Source of the DNA: an uncultured archaeon | Lineage (GTDB): Archaea > Asgardarchaeota > Thorarchaeia > Thorarchaeales > Thorarchaeaceae | NCBI GenBank assembly: GCA_964558645.1 | Contig: CAZLEV010000011.1 | Location: forward strand, 56,385 to 120,384 | DNA length: 64,000 nucleotides | Direction: 5' to 3' | Shown: positions 1 through 10,335 of the stretch, in pieces | How the letters are laid out: each line of letters starts with the position of its first letter | Numbering within the stretch: the stretch's first letter is position 1 | The notes under the pieces: generated by a model | Databases searched by the model: none | What the model was told of the DNA's origin: nothing | The model's input: only the letters and a program-made list of their open reading frames with translations | Made by a program: the position numbers and the translations under genes

Positions 1-233
1 AAAAACTCGCAGAACATAACGTGGCAGTTGAACTTAGTACGCGGTATCCAGTGAAATACGCGGAGTTTCTTGAGGTTGCCCGTGACAGTGGTTGTCTATT
101 CACCTTAGGTAGCGACTCGCATAGAACGGCGTCCATTGGAAATCTGACCCGACCGAAGAAGCTAGCAGAGGCATACAAGTTGCCCCTCTTGGACATAGAG
201 AAGGCCGGGCTGGTGCCCCGGTTATCGAGCTAG
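1..233 (+). CDS. PHP-domain (polymerase/histidinol phosphatase-like) protein, C-terminal part; 5' end outside window
   Basis: AVELST...FTLGSDSH matches the C-terminal E-x-N/S and GSD(A/S)H metal-binding motifs of PHP domains. Confidence 0.7.
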   Translation, partial: KLAEHNVAVELSTRYPVKYAEFLEVARDSGCLFTLGSDSHRTASIGNLTRPKKLAEAYKLPLLDIEKAGLVPRLSS

Positions 234-246
234 ATATGGATTGCTC

Positions 247-1749
247 TCACTCCAAATCCGACATCGACCCTACAATGGACTTCAGAAGGTTGTAGATAAC
301 GCCGACATCCCGTATTCGCACCTTCTCATCCGGTGTGTGCGGGTTCTTGATGGTAGGGCCGATAGAAACCATCTGCATTCCTTCAACTTGAGCACCAATG
401 ATCCCACACTCGAGACCTGCATGGACTGCCTCCACCTCTACGTCATCATCTAGAACCTTCTCATAATGCCTCTTGACATATGCCAGAAACTCGCTCTTTG
501 GCTCGGGTTTCCATCCGGGATATGCAGGAGTGAGAGTGACACTCCAGCCACCCAATTCGCCAAGGTCCCTCAGAGACCTGCGAAATGACTCAAGCTCCGC
601 GTCATCGTTGCCCCGAGCAGAGATGTGAATCTTCACTGCAGTTTCATCAGTTGATACGATGGCCATATTGCACGAGGTTTCGACCAGATCAGGCACTTGT
701 GGGGAGAATCTTCGAGGGCCGTGCGGAATCGCATTTGCCGTCTTGATGATTCTATTGCTCTCGGTCATGGCAAAGTGACGGACAGGTTCTGTTGGATTGA
801 GTTGAATACTGATTTCTGGTTCCAAGACCTCAGCATTCGGCGATGTGTTACGGTAGTAGGTCATAATAGCAGCTCTCTCCTCATTCAACGCATTCTGCAT
901 AACCGAAACCCTATCCTTTCTCACGGCAAACACTGCTCTAGAGTCTCGCGTGATTGCGTTGTGCTTGGTTCCCCCGTTCCAAGATGCCAGAACAGGATGT
1001 GCAGATTCGAGAATGGCAGACAGCAGTCTGGCCACTATCTTGTTTGCATTAGCACGAGGTAGATGGATGTCAACACCGGAGTGACCTCCAAGAAGCCCTG
1101 AGACCTCCAGATTGAAGAACGTGAAGTCACCTTTGGGTTCTTCCAGCTCCAGCTCTTTACGGTACTCGACTCCTCCTCCTCCTGCAGAACCAATCGTGAT
1201 AACTCCCAAATCCTCAGAGTCTAAATTGAGCAGGTACTTGCTTCTCACTCCAATACCTTCAACGTCCAGGCCGAAAGCCCCGGTCAGGCCGGTTTCTTCA
1301 TCAACCGTGAAAAGCAGCTCCAAAGGACCGTGGCGGAGTTCCTTATCCTGCGTCGTTAGAAGCGCCAGGGCGAGAGCTATCGCAATGCCATTGTCCGCAC
1401 CCAGTGTTGTCCCATCAGCATCTACCCACTCTTCATTATCCTGAATCCTGATAGGAATAGGCTCCTTCTCGAAATCGAACGCCTCCGACCGGTCTGATTC
1501 ACACACCATATCCAGATGGCCCTGTATCATGAGTGGAGGAGCAGATTCGAGACCTTCGGTCGCCGGAACCTTGATGAGAATGTTACCGGTAGTATCTTCG
1601 AGAACCTCCACATCTATCTCCTGACGTTCGAGCCAAACACGTATTGCCTTACGAATCCCGACCTCATTCTTCGAGCATCGCGGAGTTTTCGTAACTAGAT
1701 TCTCAAATATTTCCCAAACATCTCCAGGCTGAAGATCCTCTAGAACCAT
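247..1749 (-). CDS. pepD: Aminoacyl-histidine dipeptidase (peptidase M20, PepD)
   Basis: QGHLDMVCE, TTLGADNGI, DEETGLTGA, NLDSED, GGHSG, HAGLECG and HTPDE motifs. Confidence 0.93.
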   Translation of the reverse strand: MVLEDLQPGDVWEIFENLVTKTPRCSKNEVGIRKAIRVWLERQEIDVEVLEDTTGNILIKVPATEGLESAPPLMIQGHLDMVCESDRSEAFDFEKEPIPIRIQDNEEWVDADGTTLGADNGIAIALALALLTTQDKELRHGPLELLFTVDEETGLTGAFGLDVEGIGVRSKYLLNLDSEDLGVITIGSAGGGGVEYRKELELEEPKGDFTFFNLEVSGLLGGHSGVDIHLPRANANKIVARLLSAILESAHPVLASWNGGTKHNAITRDSRAVFAVRKDRVSVMQNALNEERAAIMTYYRNTSPNAEVLEPEISIQLNPTEPVRHFAMTESNRIIKTANAIPHGPRRFSPQVPDLVETSCNMAIVSTDETAVKIHISARGNDDAELESFRRSLRDLGELGGWSVTLTPAYPGWKPEPKSEFLAYVKRHYEKVLDDDVEVEAVHAGLECGIIGAQVEGMQMVSIGPTIKNPHTPDEKVRIRDVGVIYNLLKSIVGSMSDLE

Positions 1750-1855
1750 GTCGAGTCACACCCCATCAGAAATGTTTCCCGCTTAAATCGTTTCTCAGTC
1801 AACGGGAGGATTTTTCAGTCGCCAGAACCATCTCTATGCCCTAGGTGGTATACAG

Positions 1856-2728
1856 GTGTTCTTCGATGCTGACCTCACACTCATATTCCGTGACGCGCTG
1901 CCATGGGCCGGCGGATTATTCCAACTGATAACCGAGCTCGGATCAGAGATCTTCTATGTCGTTGTTATTCTAGGGGGATACTGGGCCTATAAGAAACGGG
2001 CCTCAGTGATTCTCTTGGGAGTTCTTCTCATCTCGCTTATCTCGAACTACTGGTTGAAATATGCCATTCAGAATCCGAGACCTGACTCGAGCTATTGGTA
2101 TGAAGGAGTTGAGTATACCAATTACAGCACACCTAGTGGACATGCACAGAACTCTGCGACCTTCTTCGGATGGCTTGGCATGAAATCAAGAAACACGATT
2201 GCAGTGGTTGTGTCGATAATCATCACTATTCTGATTGGTGCATCCCGGATATATCTTGGTGTCCACTATCTTGGAGACATTCTCATCGGATGGGCAATTG
2301 GTTTTGCCACCGTAGCTGCGCTATACTATGCTCAAGAGCCGCTGGAAAAGATGCTCGCACAATATAGTCCCGAGCACAAATATGGAGCAATCTTTCTAGT
2401 TGGTTTCGCATTGCTCCTGATTAGCTCACTGCTTCCTCAACCGCCTGGTGATAACTTCGGATCACTGGCAGGCCTCGTGATGGGAGTGGCGATTGCATTT
2501 CCACTTGAGCAGCGATATGTTGGTTTCTCAGTGGAAGCCCCCGACAACCAGAAGTGGCGCCTGGTTCTGCGGGTCGTAATAGGACTCATTCTAGCGATAG
2601 GAGTGATGTTTGGGCTCTCATCGTTGCTTCCGACAACGAGTCTCTGGCTGAGAGCATTAAGATATGGGCTTGTTGCAGTCGTTGGAGGTTTGGTCTGGCC
2701 CGCCGTATTCACAAGAGTGGGGCTATAG
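1856..2728 (+). CDS. PAP2-family membrane phosphatase
   Basis: KxxxxxxRP (KYAIQNPRP), PSGH and SRIYLGVHY motifs; several TM helices. Confidence 0.9.
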   Translation: MFFDADLTLIFRDALPWAGGLFQLITELGSEIFYVVVILGGYWAYKKRASVILLGVLLISLISNYWLKYAIQNPRPDSSYWYEGVEYTNYSTPSGHAQNSATFFGWLGMKSRNTIAVVVSIIITILIGASRIYLGVHYLGDILIGWAIGFATVAALYYAQEPLEKMLAQYSPEHKYGAIFLVGFALLLISSLLPQPPGDNFGSLAGLVMGVAIAFPLEQRYVGFSVEAPDNQKWRLVLRVVIGLILAIGVMFGLSSLLPTTSLWLRALRYGLVAVVGGLVWPAVFTRVGL

Positions 2729-3631
2729 CAAAAGGTCTGTTTCATGCTGGAAAGAGAATTCGAAGCCAATCTCGTCGGCATGTCTTAGAACTAGTTCATC
2801 CACCATTTTCGACACGAGGAATCTGGCAGCAGTTCTGTCGATACCGGATAGGTCTATGATTTCGGCCACAGTACTTGAGCCATCGAACCGTGAAAGCAGT
2901 CTGACGATTTCGGGATATTGATCTGTGATTGCATCGGAGGGCTCGCCCACCTTGATAAGAACGCAGTCATCACTGACCTGTCGCTTGAGTTGTACGAGTC
3001 CATGATGAATGAGAACTGACAGAAGAGCAATGGACTCATTCTGGGGTAGTGGAACGCTCTCTATGATCTTGCCGACCTGACGTTTGCCATTGATGTATTT
3101 CTCAAGAATTCCAAGGTGTGTGTCAATCTTTCCCACTCGATAGTTGATTCTTCGCCCATCCGTAAGGCACGGGATGAGCTCTGGGTCAACCTTGGCAAGT
3201 GGAAATACAGTGACAATACTCAATGCGAACTCACGGAAGACTCTGATATCCCCCTCATAGTGTTCCAGAATGTTAGAATACCTCTCCTCGAATTCCACAA
3301 TCAAATCGACAAGTTTCTTTCGATATGGCTCTGGATCGGCAGTTTCATTCAGGCCGATAACTGCAAGAACCTCATCCCCAATCTCGAAGATCACGCTGGA
3401 ACGGCCCCACTGGACAGTTCTCAGTCCGTTCTTGGCGACGGTCATTATTGCCTGGATGAGAGCCGCCAACAGGTCGGGGTCAACCTCCCTGCGGGAATCA
3501 CTCGCAAGCTTGGAACTCGCCGGTCCATCTGCATAGGAAACCCGAACTAGCAGTTCACCGCTTATCAAACGGATCATCATGATATACCTGATACTGGAGT
3601 TATGTGATTGCCCATACATACAAGCTCCCAA
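2723..3631 (-). CDS. Longin-like domain + two winged-helix repeats (NPRL2-like architecture); start possibly ATG 3619
   Basis: Longin pattern YIMMIRLISGELL...DLLAALIQAI...EFEERY...YEGDIRVF; two C-terminal repeats YINGKRQVGKII and RFDGSSTVAEII. Confidence 0.65.
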   Translation of the reverse strand: MGACMYGQSHNSSIRYIMMIRLISGELLVRVSYADGPASSKLASDSRREVDPDLLAALIQAIMTVAKNGLRTVQWGRSSVIFEIGDEVLAVIGLNETADPEPYRKKLVDLIVEFEERYSNILEHYEGDIRVFREFALSIVTVFPLAKVDPELIPCLTDGRRINYRVGKIDTHLGILEKYINGKRQVGKIIESVPLPQNESIALLSVLIHHGLVQLKRQVSDDCVLIKVGEPSDAITDQYPEIVRLLSRFDGSSTVAEIIDLSGIDRTAARFLVSKMVDELVLRHADEIGFEFSFQHETDLLL

Positions 3632-3706
3632 CTAGGTTTCATTCACCCGGAAGAAGAAAAGTGCTTCGGTGGTCATGAGACTTCGAACAGACTCACGATC
3701 CCTGTG

Positions 3707-5416
3707 TCAGAGATACTCAGATGCCTCTATCTGTGCCAGTTTCAGACCAGCACTTCGCGAATAGTGTTTCATTATCCGCCAACAAGCGATGCCGTAGACT
3801 GGCAATGCAAGATACGCGAATGGTGCACCAATGAGTATGCCAAGCATAATCATTGAGAAGGTTCCCAGATACCCCACAATGTTGGGTAAGAGTTGAGCAC
3901 GAAGTATTGACCACCCTCGGATTGGCATCTGAACTGAAGAGCCCCTCTGCCTAGTCACCATCCGTTCGGCTTTGAAATCGCCGCCAAGAGCAGCTGCATT
4001 GGCTGCAACTCCGCCGGAAGCCAGATTCGTGAACACTGCCGCACCAACGACCATCGGGATATAGAACCAGAAGGATGGGTATACTACTAGGATAAGTACT
4101 CCTACGAGGATACTTGCAGCCAGCGTGAAAGGTACTGCGGAATAGACCTTCCCGCGCACGTAGTCCTCCATATTGGCAGCGGCAAGTTGCAGGTTCTGGA
4201 GGTTCTTACCCTCATAGACGGTTTCATAGCCAGCAAAGTAGAGACCATAGGATGTTGAAAATGGGATGAGAGCTGCAATCATGAGAAATGGTGCAAAGAA
4301 GCCCATCGCTTCAGGATTGGTCAAGATAGGAATGAAGAAGAATATGACAAATTGAAGCGGACCCATCAGATATCGCGCAAATACTCGAGATTCGCGGCGG
4401 ATGTTTGTGATGTTGTACCAGATAGAGGTGCTTATGGTCTTGTTGAACCTGATGCCCGGTATGGGTTGCGGATCCCATGGGTTGTGTTCAATGACCTTTT
4501 CTTCTTTGGAGCTGCGCTTCGAACCGCTCATGAGCCAGCCGCTGTAGTGGGCTTTCTCGCTGACTATGGCGTTGACGTAGACGAGGCTGCCGCCAAGCAG
4601 GATATAGAAGATTGTCGATGCAATCTCGTAGAAACCGAACTCCGCACCCACTAGAAGACCGAGTGTGATCACGCTCACTGTATATCCTGGTGTCAGGTCC
4701 GACGCCAGACCGATCTGTTGAGCTAGCTCGAACAACCAGTCAAACACAAACGAGTTGTCGGAGGAATAGAGGAAGTAGTACCACACAACGGTGAAGAGAA
4801 TAGCCATGGTGCTCATAAGGAAGTACCCGACCTGGCGGAGTCTCCGCCGACCTGCAACGACCCGTGAGAACAACAGACCTAGGAGTCCCCCAAACGAAAC
4901 ACCAATCGTAACCAGCACTAGCACAAGAACCAGATATGAAAGGACCGCAACAAAGGCTAAGGGAAGAGGGGACACGATACTCAGACCAATGATGATAGGG
5001 GTGCCAATCACCAGCCAGAGAAGTGAGCTGTAGACGATGATTATAATCGTCTTCTCTAAGAACAGCGTCCGAAGAGAGATCGGCATCGTCATGAGATACT
5101 CCATCCTCTTGCTATTGGCAACAGTAGTAGCTGACACCATGATTGAGCCGACGAACGAGAATAGAACTATGACGTTAAACAATGTGGATCCGACAGCCAG
5201 ATTCTCGAGAATCAGACTGGCAATCATGTTCCAGCCAAACAGAGGCACAATCCAGACTACCGCCAGAACAATGGCAACGGCAACAGCCACGGCGATAATG
5301 GGACCGAGAAACCTCCGAAGGGCACTCTTCTGCTCAGAACGCCGACCAGTCCCTCCCAGTCGGAAGGTCTGATTAAGGTCCTGCCTAAGCAGAATCATCA
5401 GGTCTCTAAGGCTCAA
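3707..5416 (-). CDS. Putative ABC exporter permease (about 12-14 TM helices)
   Basis: Highly hydrophobic; YLMTMPIS...LFLEK motif typical of ABC-2-like permeases; 4-nt overlap with the upstream ATPase. Confidence 0.8.
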   Translation of the reverse strand: MSLRDLMILLRQDLNQTFRLGGTGRRSEQKSALRRFLGPIIAVAVAVAIVLAVVWIVPLFGWNMIASLILENLAVGSTLFNVIVLFSFVGSIMVSATTVANSKRMEYLMTMPISLRTLFLEKTIIIIVYSSLLWLVIGTPIIIGLSIVSPLPLAFVAVLSYLVLVLVLVTIGVSFGGLLGLLFSRVVAGRRRLRQVGYFLMSTMAILFTVVWYYFLYSSDNSFVFDWLFELAQQIGLASDLTPGYTVSVITLGLLVGAEFGFYEIASTIFYILLGGSLVYVNAIVSEKAHYSGWLMSGSKRSSKEEKVIEHNPWDPQPIPGIRFNKTISTSIWYNITNIRRESRVFARYLMGPLQFVIFFFIPILTNPEAMGFFAPFLMIAALIPFSTSYGLYFAGYETVYEGKNLQNLQLAAANMEDYVRGKVYSAVPFTLAASILVGVLILVVYPSFWFYIPMVVGAAVFTNLASGGVAANAAALGGDFKAERMVTRQRGSSVQMPIRGWSILRAQLLPNIVGYLGTFSMIMLGILIGAPFAYLALPVYGIACWRIMKHYSRSAGLKLAQIEASEYL

Positions 5417-6186
5417 CCTTCTTCACCTGTGTCACCCAGATACTGGGCAATAAGCTGCATGTCTGGCCCACCGGTAAGGTCCAGAAATATCTCCTCAAGA
5501 CTGGCCTGACCCCTAGCCTTCTGCTTCAGCTCATCCATCGTACCCTCTGCTACCATGTGACCTTCTTGAATAATGCCGATACGGTCAGCCATCTGCTCGG
5601 CTATCTCCAGAATATGGGTTGACATCAGCACAGTTGCTCCGCGAGAACTGAGACCGTTCAGGATCTCCTTTATCGTGGCAGCACCCCGGGGATCAATGCC
5701 TGCCTGGAACTCGTCGAGTATGAGCACCTTCGGTCTGTGTACCAGAGCCGCGATGAGGCTGGTTTTGCGCGACATCCCCTTTGAATAGGTCTCTATCAGG
5801 TCATCACTGGCATCTCTGATATCGAGAAGTGTAAGAAGCTCGTCTATCTCTTCTTCACGTTCTTCACCACGCTCTACTCCCCAGATATCAGCGACGTAGT
5901 TCACGTACTCCCACCCGGTGAGACGTTCGGGTAAGACAGGCTCCTCCGGAACATAACCCATTACTCTCTTCGCTGCGACAATCTCCTTGCGGATGTCATA
6001 ACCAGAGATTCTAGCGGTTCCCTCGGTGGGACGCAACAACCCAAGAAGCATACGCATAGTTGTTGATTTTCCCGATCCGTTGGGCCCCAACAATGCATAG
6101 GTCTCACCAGATGCAACTGTGAAGCTCAAGCTGTCGACGGCAGTGAATTCGCTGAACTTCTTGGTTAGTTCCAGAGCCTCAATCAT
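5413..6186 (-). CDS. ABC transporter ATP-binding subunit
   Basis: Walker A GPNGSGKS, signature YSKGM, Walker B LILDE, H-loop STH. Confidence 0.95.
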   Translation of the reverse strand: MIEALELTKKFSEFTAVDSLSFTVASGETYALLGPNGSGKSTTMRMLLGLLRPTEGTARISGYDIRKEIVAAKRVMGYVPEEPVLPERLTGWEYVNYVADIWGVERGEEREEEIDELLTLLDIRDASDDLIETYSKGMSRKTSLIAALVHRPKVLILDEFQAGIDPRGAATIKEILNGLSSRGATVLMSTHILEIAEQMADRIGIIQEGHMVAEGTMDELKQKARGQASLEEIFLDLTGGPDMQLIAQYLGDTGEEG

Positions 6187-6287
6187 GAAAATCAGCTCTA
6201 TGCCACGTTAGACTTCTTTTATGCGTTCGCATGAAAGACAAAATGTGGAGAACAATCTTAATATGTCCAGCATAGAGGGGCCAAGTC

Positions 6288-7385
6288 ATGCCTGTCGAAA
6301 CTTGGCGACTACTAGACTTGGGACCCATAGATCCCCTCGAAACCCAGATAATATATGACATGGTTGCTCAGGCCATCACCGAGGATGAAGCAGAGAACAC
6401 CCTCATCATATGTTGGCCAAGTGATCCTCTCGTATCTCTAGGATACTTCCAAGAAGCGGAGAAGGACATTGACTTGGAGTACTGTCGAGAGAAGGATGTT
6501 CTGGTTGTCCGAAGAGTTATCGGAGGGGGTGGTGTCTACCTAGACGAGGGTCAGCTCTTCTACCAGATAATCGGCCGCGTCGACAGTCCAACCACACCCA
6601 AGAGCATAGATGCTTACTATCGCAAGTTCCTAGAGGCACCTGTGCAGGCCTATCGCAACTTGGGAATTGATGCAGAGTTCAGACCAGTTAATGACATTCA
6701 AGTGAATGGGAAGAAGATCTCGGGAAATGGAGCCGGAGACGTAGGGGATGCCAGAATCCTCACCGGAAATCTGATTTTTGATTTCGATTATGATTCAATG
6801 GTTCACGTACTCAAAGTTCCGAGTGAGAAGTTTCGAGACAAGATATTCAAGAGTCTCAAAGAGCGAATGACCACCATAGAGAGAGAGCTGGGTGCGCTAC
6901 CAGACCGCAACACTGTGAAAGAAGACCTTCTTGGACTCTATGAGAAGACCCTCGATATCGAGCTTGAGCGGGGAGATCTCTCATCCTGGGAGAGAAACAA
7001 GATGAAGGAGCTCCATGAGAAGTACCTCTCGAGGGACTGGCTATTCTGGAGGAAGGGACGGAAATTCGATGTTGCCCATCAGGTGAAAATATCAGCCACC
7101 GCATCTGTGGGCACTGCGAACTTCAAGGCAGACGGAGGGCTCATCAGGGTGACCGCAGAGGTGGTGGAAGGAACGATAGAGGAGATTGTCGTGAGTGGCG
7201 ACTTCTTCATGATTCCCTCTCTCGGAATCGAACTTGTTGAAGGGGCACTTACTGGTGTTAGGGCAGAGAAAGCGGAGATTCTGCGTCGAATCGAGCAGCT
7301 TTATTCGGACAAGGGTCTCCAGTCACCGGGCGTAAGACCCGAGGATATTGCGGAAGCCGTATCTCTAGCCGTACAGGAGACTTAG
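6288..7385 (+). CDS. lplA: Lipoate-protein ligase A with C-terminal domain
   Basis: VSLGYFQ, RRVIGGGGVY, NDIQVNGKKISGNG; C-terminal SGDFF domain. Confidence 0.88.
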   Translation: MPVETWRLLDLGPIDPLETQIIYDMVAQAITEDEAENTLIICWPSDPLVSLGYFQEAEKDIDLEYCREKDVLVVRRVIGGGGVYLDEGQLFYQIIGRVDSPTTPKSIDAYYRKFLEAPVQAYRNLGIDAEFRPVNDIQVNGKKISGNGAGDVGDARILTGNLIFDFDYDSMVHVLKVPSEKFRDKIFKSLKERMTTIERELGALPDRNTVKEDLLGLYEKTLDIELERGDLSSWERNKMKELHEKYLSRDWLFWRKGRKFDVAHQVKISATASVGTANFKADGGLIRVTAEVVEGTIEEIVVSGDFFMIPSLGIELVEGALTGVRAEKAEILRRIEQLYSDKGLQSPGVRPEDIAEAVSLAVQET

Positions 7386-7497
7386 GAACACCCAGATTGA
7401 ACTCACAAGTAGAACGATAAGTGATATGCCGACTTTTCACCGAGCGAAAGAGGCATGCTTTTCTTCTCACGCTCCTCAGTGAGAACACAAAGCACAG

Positions 7498-8595
7498 GTG
7501 GTTGCTCTGACGATTACTGATCAGTTCAAGGTCGCGGCCCCGGGAAGGCTGTGTCTTTTTGGAGAGCATAGCGACTATCTGGGCCTGGATGTCATCTCCA
7601 CGGCCCTAGACAGACATATCGAACTGAGGGTCAACCCATGTCAAGCTGATGAAATTACTGTTCTCTATAGAGACTTAGACGAAAAGGAGCACTTCTCAGT
7701 AGAAGCTGAGGCCCCTTATCTCAAAAAACGAGATTATGTTAGAAGTGCGTTCAACGTTGTGAGGCGGCGGAGCCCTCAACGCATATCAGGTGCTGATATC
7801 ACCGTTTCAGGGAACGTCCCGATTGCGGCAGGCCTCTCAAGCTCGAGTGCTTTGACAGTTGGAGCTGTTGTTGCATTCTCAAGACTGGCAGGACTTCATC
7901 TCTCCACCGACGATATCGCCAGAGCAGCCTTTCAGGCAGAGGTGGCAGAGTTTGGTGAGAGTGGGGGAAAACAGGATCACTTCACTATTGCGTATGGAGG
8001 CATAGTCCATCTCGATTTGGGAGAGGACTATCTTGTAACCAAGCTCCCGGCGAATCTCTCGGGACTAGTCATCGGAGACTCAAGAGAGCAGAAGGAAGAT
8101 ACCGTGGGAGACCTCGCGTATCTGCGGAAAACAATCCTCGGCGAATATGACAAGATCAGAGCATCCATTGGGGGGTTCGACCCCCGAAGGACAGAGCTGA
8201 GAAAAGTGCGGGCCCTCTCAAGAAGAAGACCAACGAAAGCAAGGCTCATGGCACAGGCTACTCTTAGAAATCGTGATCTCACTGCTCGTGCACGAAGATT
8301 GCTGAGTGAAAAGAATCCAGACCCAAAGCTCTTGGGGAGGTTGATCAATGAGCATCATGAAATACTACGCGACGAACTACATAGGTCCACCGAGAAGATC
8401 GAGCGGCTGATAGCGGCAGCCAAGTCATCAGGAGCTCTGGGATGCAAGGTGAACGGAAGCGGAGGGGGAGGCACGATGCTTGCTTATGCGCCGGAAAGAG
8501 AAACCGAAGTCATGGATGCTATAGATGCCGCTGGGGGATCTGCGTTTGAAGTGAGAGTGGGGCCAGGAGTATCCCTGACCGCAAAGGAGGTTTGA
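7498..8595 (+). CDS. GHMP-family sugar kinase (galactokinase-like)
   Basis: APGRLCLFGEHSDY, PIAAGLSSSSA, GKQD and GSGGGG motifs. Confidence 0.88.
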   Translation: MVALTITDQFKVAAPGRLCLFGEHSDYLGLDVISTALDRHIELRVNPCQADEITVLYRDLDEKEHFSVEAEAPYLKKRDYVRSAFNVVRRRSPQRISGADITVSGNVPIAAGLSSSSALTVGAVVAFSRLAGLHLSTDDIARAAFQAEVAEFGESGGKQDHFTIAYGGIVHLDLGEDYLVTKLPANLSGLVIGDSREQKEDTVGDLAYLRKTILGEYDKIRASIGGFDPRRTELRKVRALSRRRPTKARLMAQATLRNRDLTARARRLLSEKNPDPKLLGRLINEHHEILRDELHRSTEKIERLIAAAKSSGALGCKVNGSGGGGTMLAYAPERETEVMDAIDAAGGSAFEVRVGPGVSLTAKEV

Positions 8596-8596
8596 A

Positions 8597-10156
8597 TCAG
8601 CCTTCCTCGAGCTCCTTCATGCGTCTTTCAACAATATGAAGAATGTCTTCCTTCATCTTCTTGCCCTCTGAGATGATGCGTTCCACTTCTTCTCCAGCCT
8701 TTTTCACGAAGTCTTTGTCGCGGATGTTTCCCAGATTGATGCGGACATTGAGAGCCGCCCCCTCGATTGCTGCCATGAGGGCATGTGCTGCAACTCCAGC
8801 ATCAGTGATTGCGTTGATGTTTCCATTGTCCGCGGCAACCTGGGCATGCTCCAAGGCGTTGAAAGAGTGACGCATTGTTTCGAGCGGAACCTCGGCGGCA
8901 TGTATCGTCGCTGATTCGATTGCTTTCTCTTTGGCCTCCTTCTCCTTCGCTGTGGATTCTGACATCTTGTATGCCGTCATGACTTGGTCAAAGGCTTCCG
9001 AGTCTTTCTCAACGAGGCCCATGAGAACCCCTCGGTCGTTCTCGCAGGCATGACGGTGTTCTAGCATTTCCTCCCGAATCGCCGCGAATTTTCGTCCAGA
9101 GAGAGACAGTCCAGTGACCATGCAGACAAGTGCCCCACCAAGTGAACCCATTGCCGCAGCCACGCTGCCGCCTCCGGGTGTTGCGCTGGCTCGACGAACT
9201 TGATTTCCGAACTCGATGAGTGACATCTCACTGAAGCTCTTCTCAGTTGGATCCTGCGCACCTCCCAAGTAGTAGAGGTCGAGGATCATCTCCTGTTCGA
9301 GTTTCTCAGGCTGTACATAGTACTTGAATGCATCAAGTATAGCGAACAAGGGAATCATCCCCACTATCTCGGTCTCTACAACTGTTGCTCCGAAACGTCG
9401 TGCCTCGTTGCGGACCACTTCAAGGACTTGATGAATCTTCGTCCGTTTAGGATGAATCAGGTTAAGGGAGACTTGCGTCATGCCTTTCTCAGGGAGATCA
9501 AGACCAATGCCCTGAACGTACACAAACCCGCCTGTTGTGGCGCGAACAGCATTGGCGCATGTCTTCGCAACCTCAACATCGGTAGTGTTCAGATTGCAGT
9601 TGAAAGCTATCAGGAAATGGCGTGCGCCCGTGGCCGTAGCCCCAGCAGTCGGATGTATCTTCTTTGGGCCATAGTCAGGATCCTTCTCAGATTCCACTCC
9701 AATCATCTCGCTGAGCCCCTCAAATTCGCCCTGTCGAATGTTAGGAAGCTCTCTACGGTCAATCCGAGTAGCAGACTCCGCGTAAAGATAGACAGGCACA
9801 TCATGCTTTGAGGAGTATTCCTCCGCAAACTGTTTAGATAGCTCGATGCATTCGCCTATTGTCGTACCATGAAGGGGTATGAACGGAACAACATCCACCG
9901 CACCCATCCGAGGATGGGCACCCTCGTGCCTTGTTAGATCGATTTTCTCAACAGCAACATCGGCAGCCTTCAGTGCTGCATCTTTGACTCTCTGTGGTTC
10001 ACCGATGAATGTGAAGACAGACCGGTTGTGATCCGGGTCAAACTCGACGTCCAGAAGCCTGACACCCTCAACGCTCTTTATGGCATCTGCAAGTGCGTCA
10101 ATGACCTCTTTGCGTCGCCCTTCTGAGAAATTGGGTACGCATTCAACGATTTTCAT
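8597..10156 (-). CDS. ftcd: Bifunctional glutamate formimidoyltransferase / formiminoTHF cyclodeaminase
   Basis: ECVPNFSEGR, DHNRSV, HPRMGAVDVVPF (FT domain); ATPGGGS and NVRINL (cyclodeaminase domain). Confidence 0.95.
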   Translation of the reverse strand: MKIVECVPNFSEGRRKEVIDALADAIKSVEGVRLLDVEFDPDHNRSVFTFIGEPQRVKDAALKAADVAVEKIDLTRHEGAHPRMGAVDVVPFIPLHGTTIGECIELSKQFAEEYSSKHDVPVYLYAESATRIDRRELPNIRQGEFEGLSEMIGVESEKDPDYGPKKIHPTAGATATGARHFLIAFNCNLNTTDVEVAKTCANAVRATTGGFVYVQGIGLDLPEKGMTQVSLNLIHPKRTKIHQVLEVVRNEARRFGATVVETEIVGMIPLFAILDAFKYYVQPEKLEQEMILDLYYLGGAQDPTEKSFSEMSLIEFGNQVRRASATPGGGSVAAAMGSLGGALVCMVTGLSLSGRKFAAIREEMLEHRHACENDRGVLMGLVEKDSEAFDQVMTAYKMSESTAKEKEAKEKAIESATIHAAEVPLETMRHSFNALEHAQVAADNGNINAITDAGVAAHALMAAIEGAALNVRINLGNIRDKDFVKKAGEEVERIISEGKKMKEDILHIVERRMKELEEG

Positions 10157-10335
10157 TCTTTGTCACTGCGGCCGCACTTCACAACCATCTAGAAAAGCGT
10201 TTGGGCCTGACATTTGGGCGAACTATCGACCCCTCAATTAGAGGATATACTGGAGTGTGTCACGAAACTGTGCGAGCTGTCTTACAGAAACGAGCAAGCT
10301 GCCAACTGCGAGCCCTCAGCATCTCGTGTACGTTA

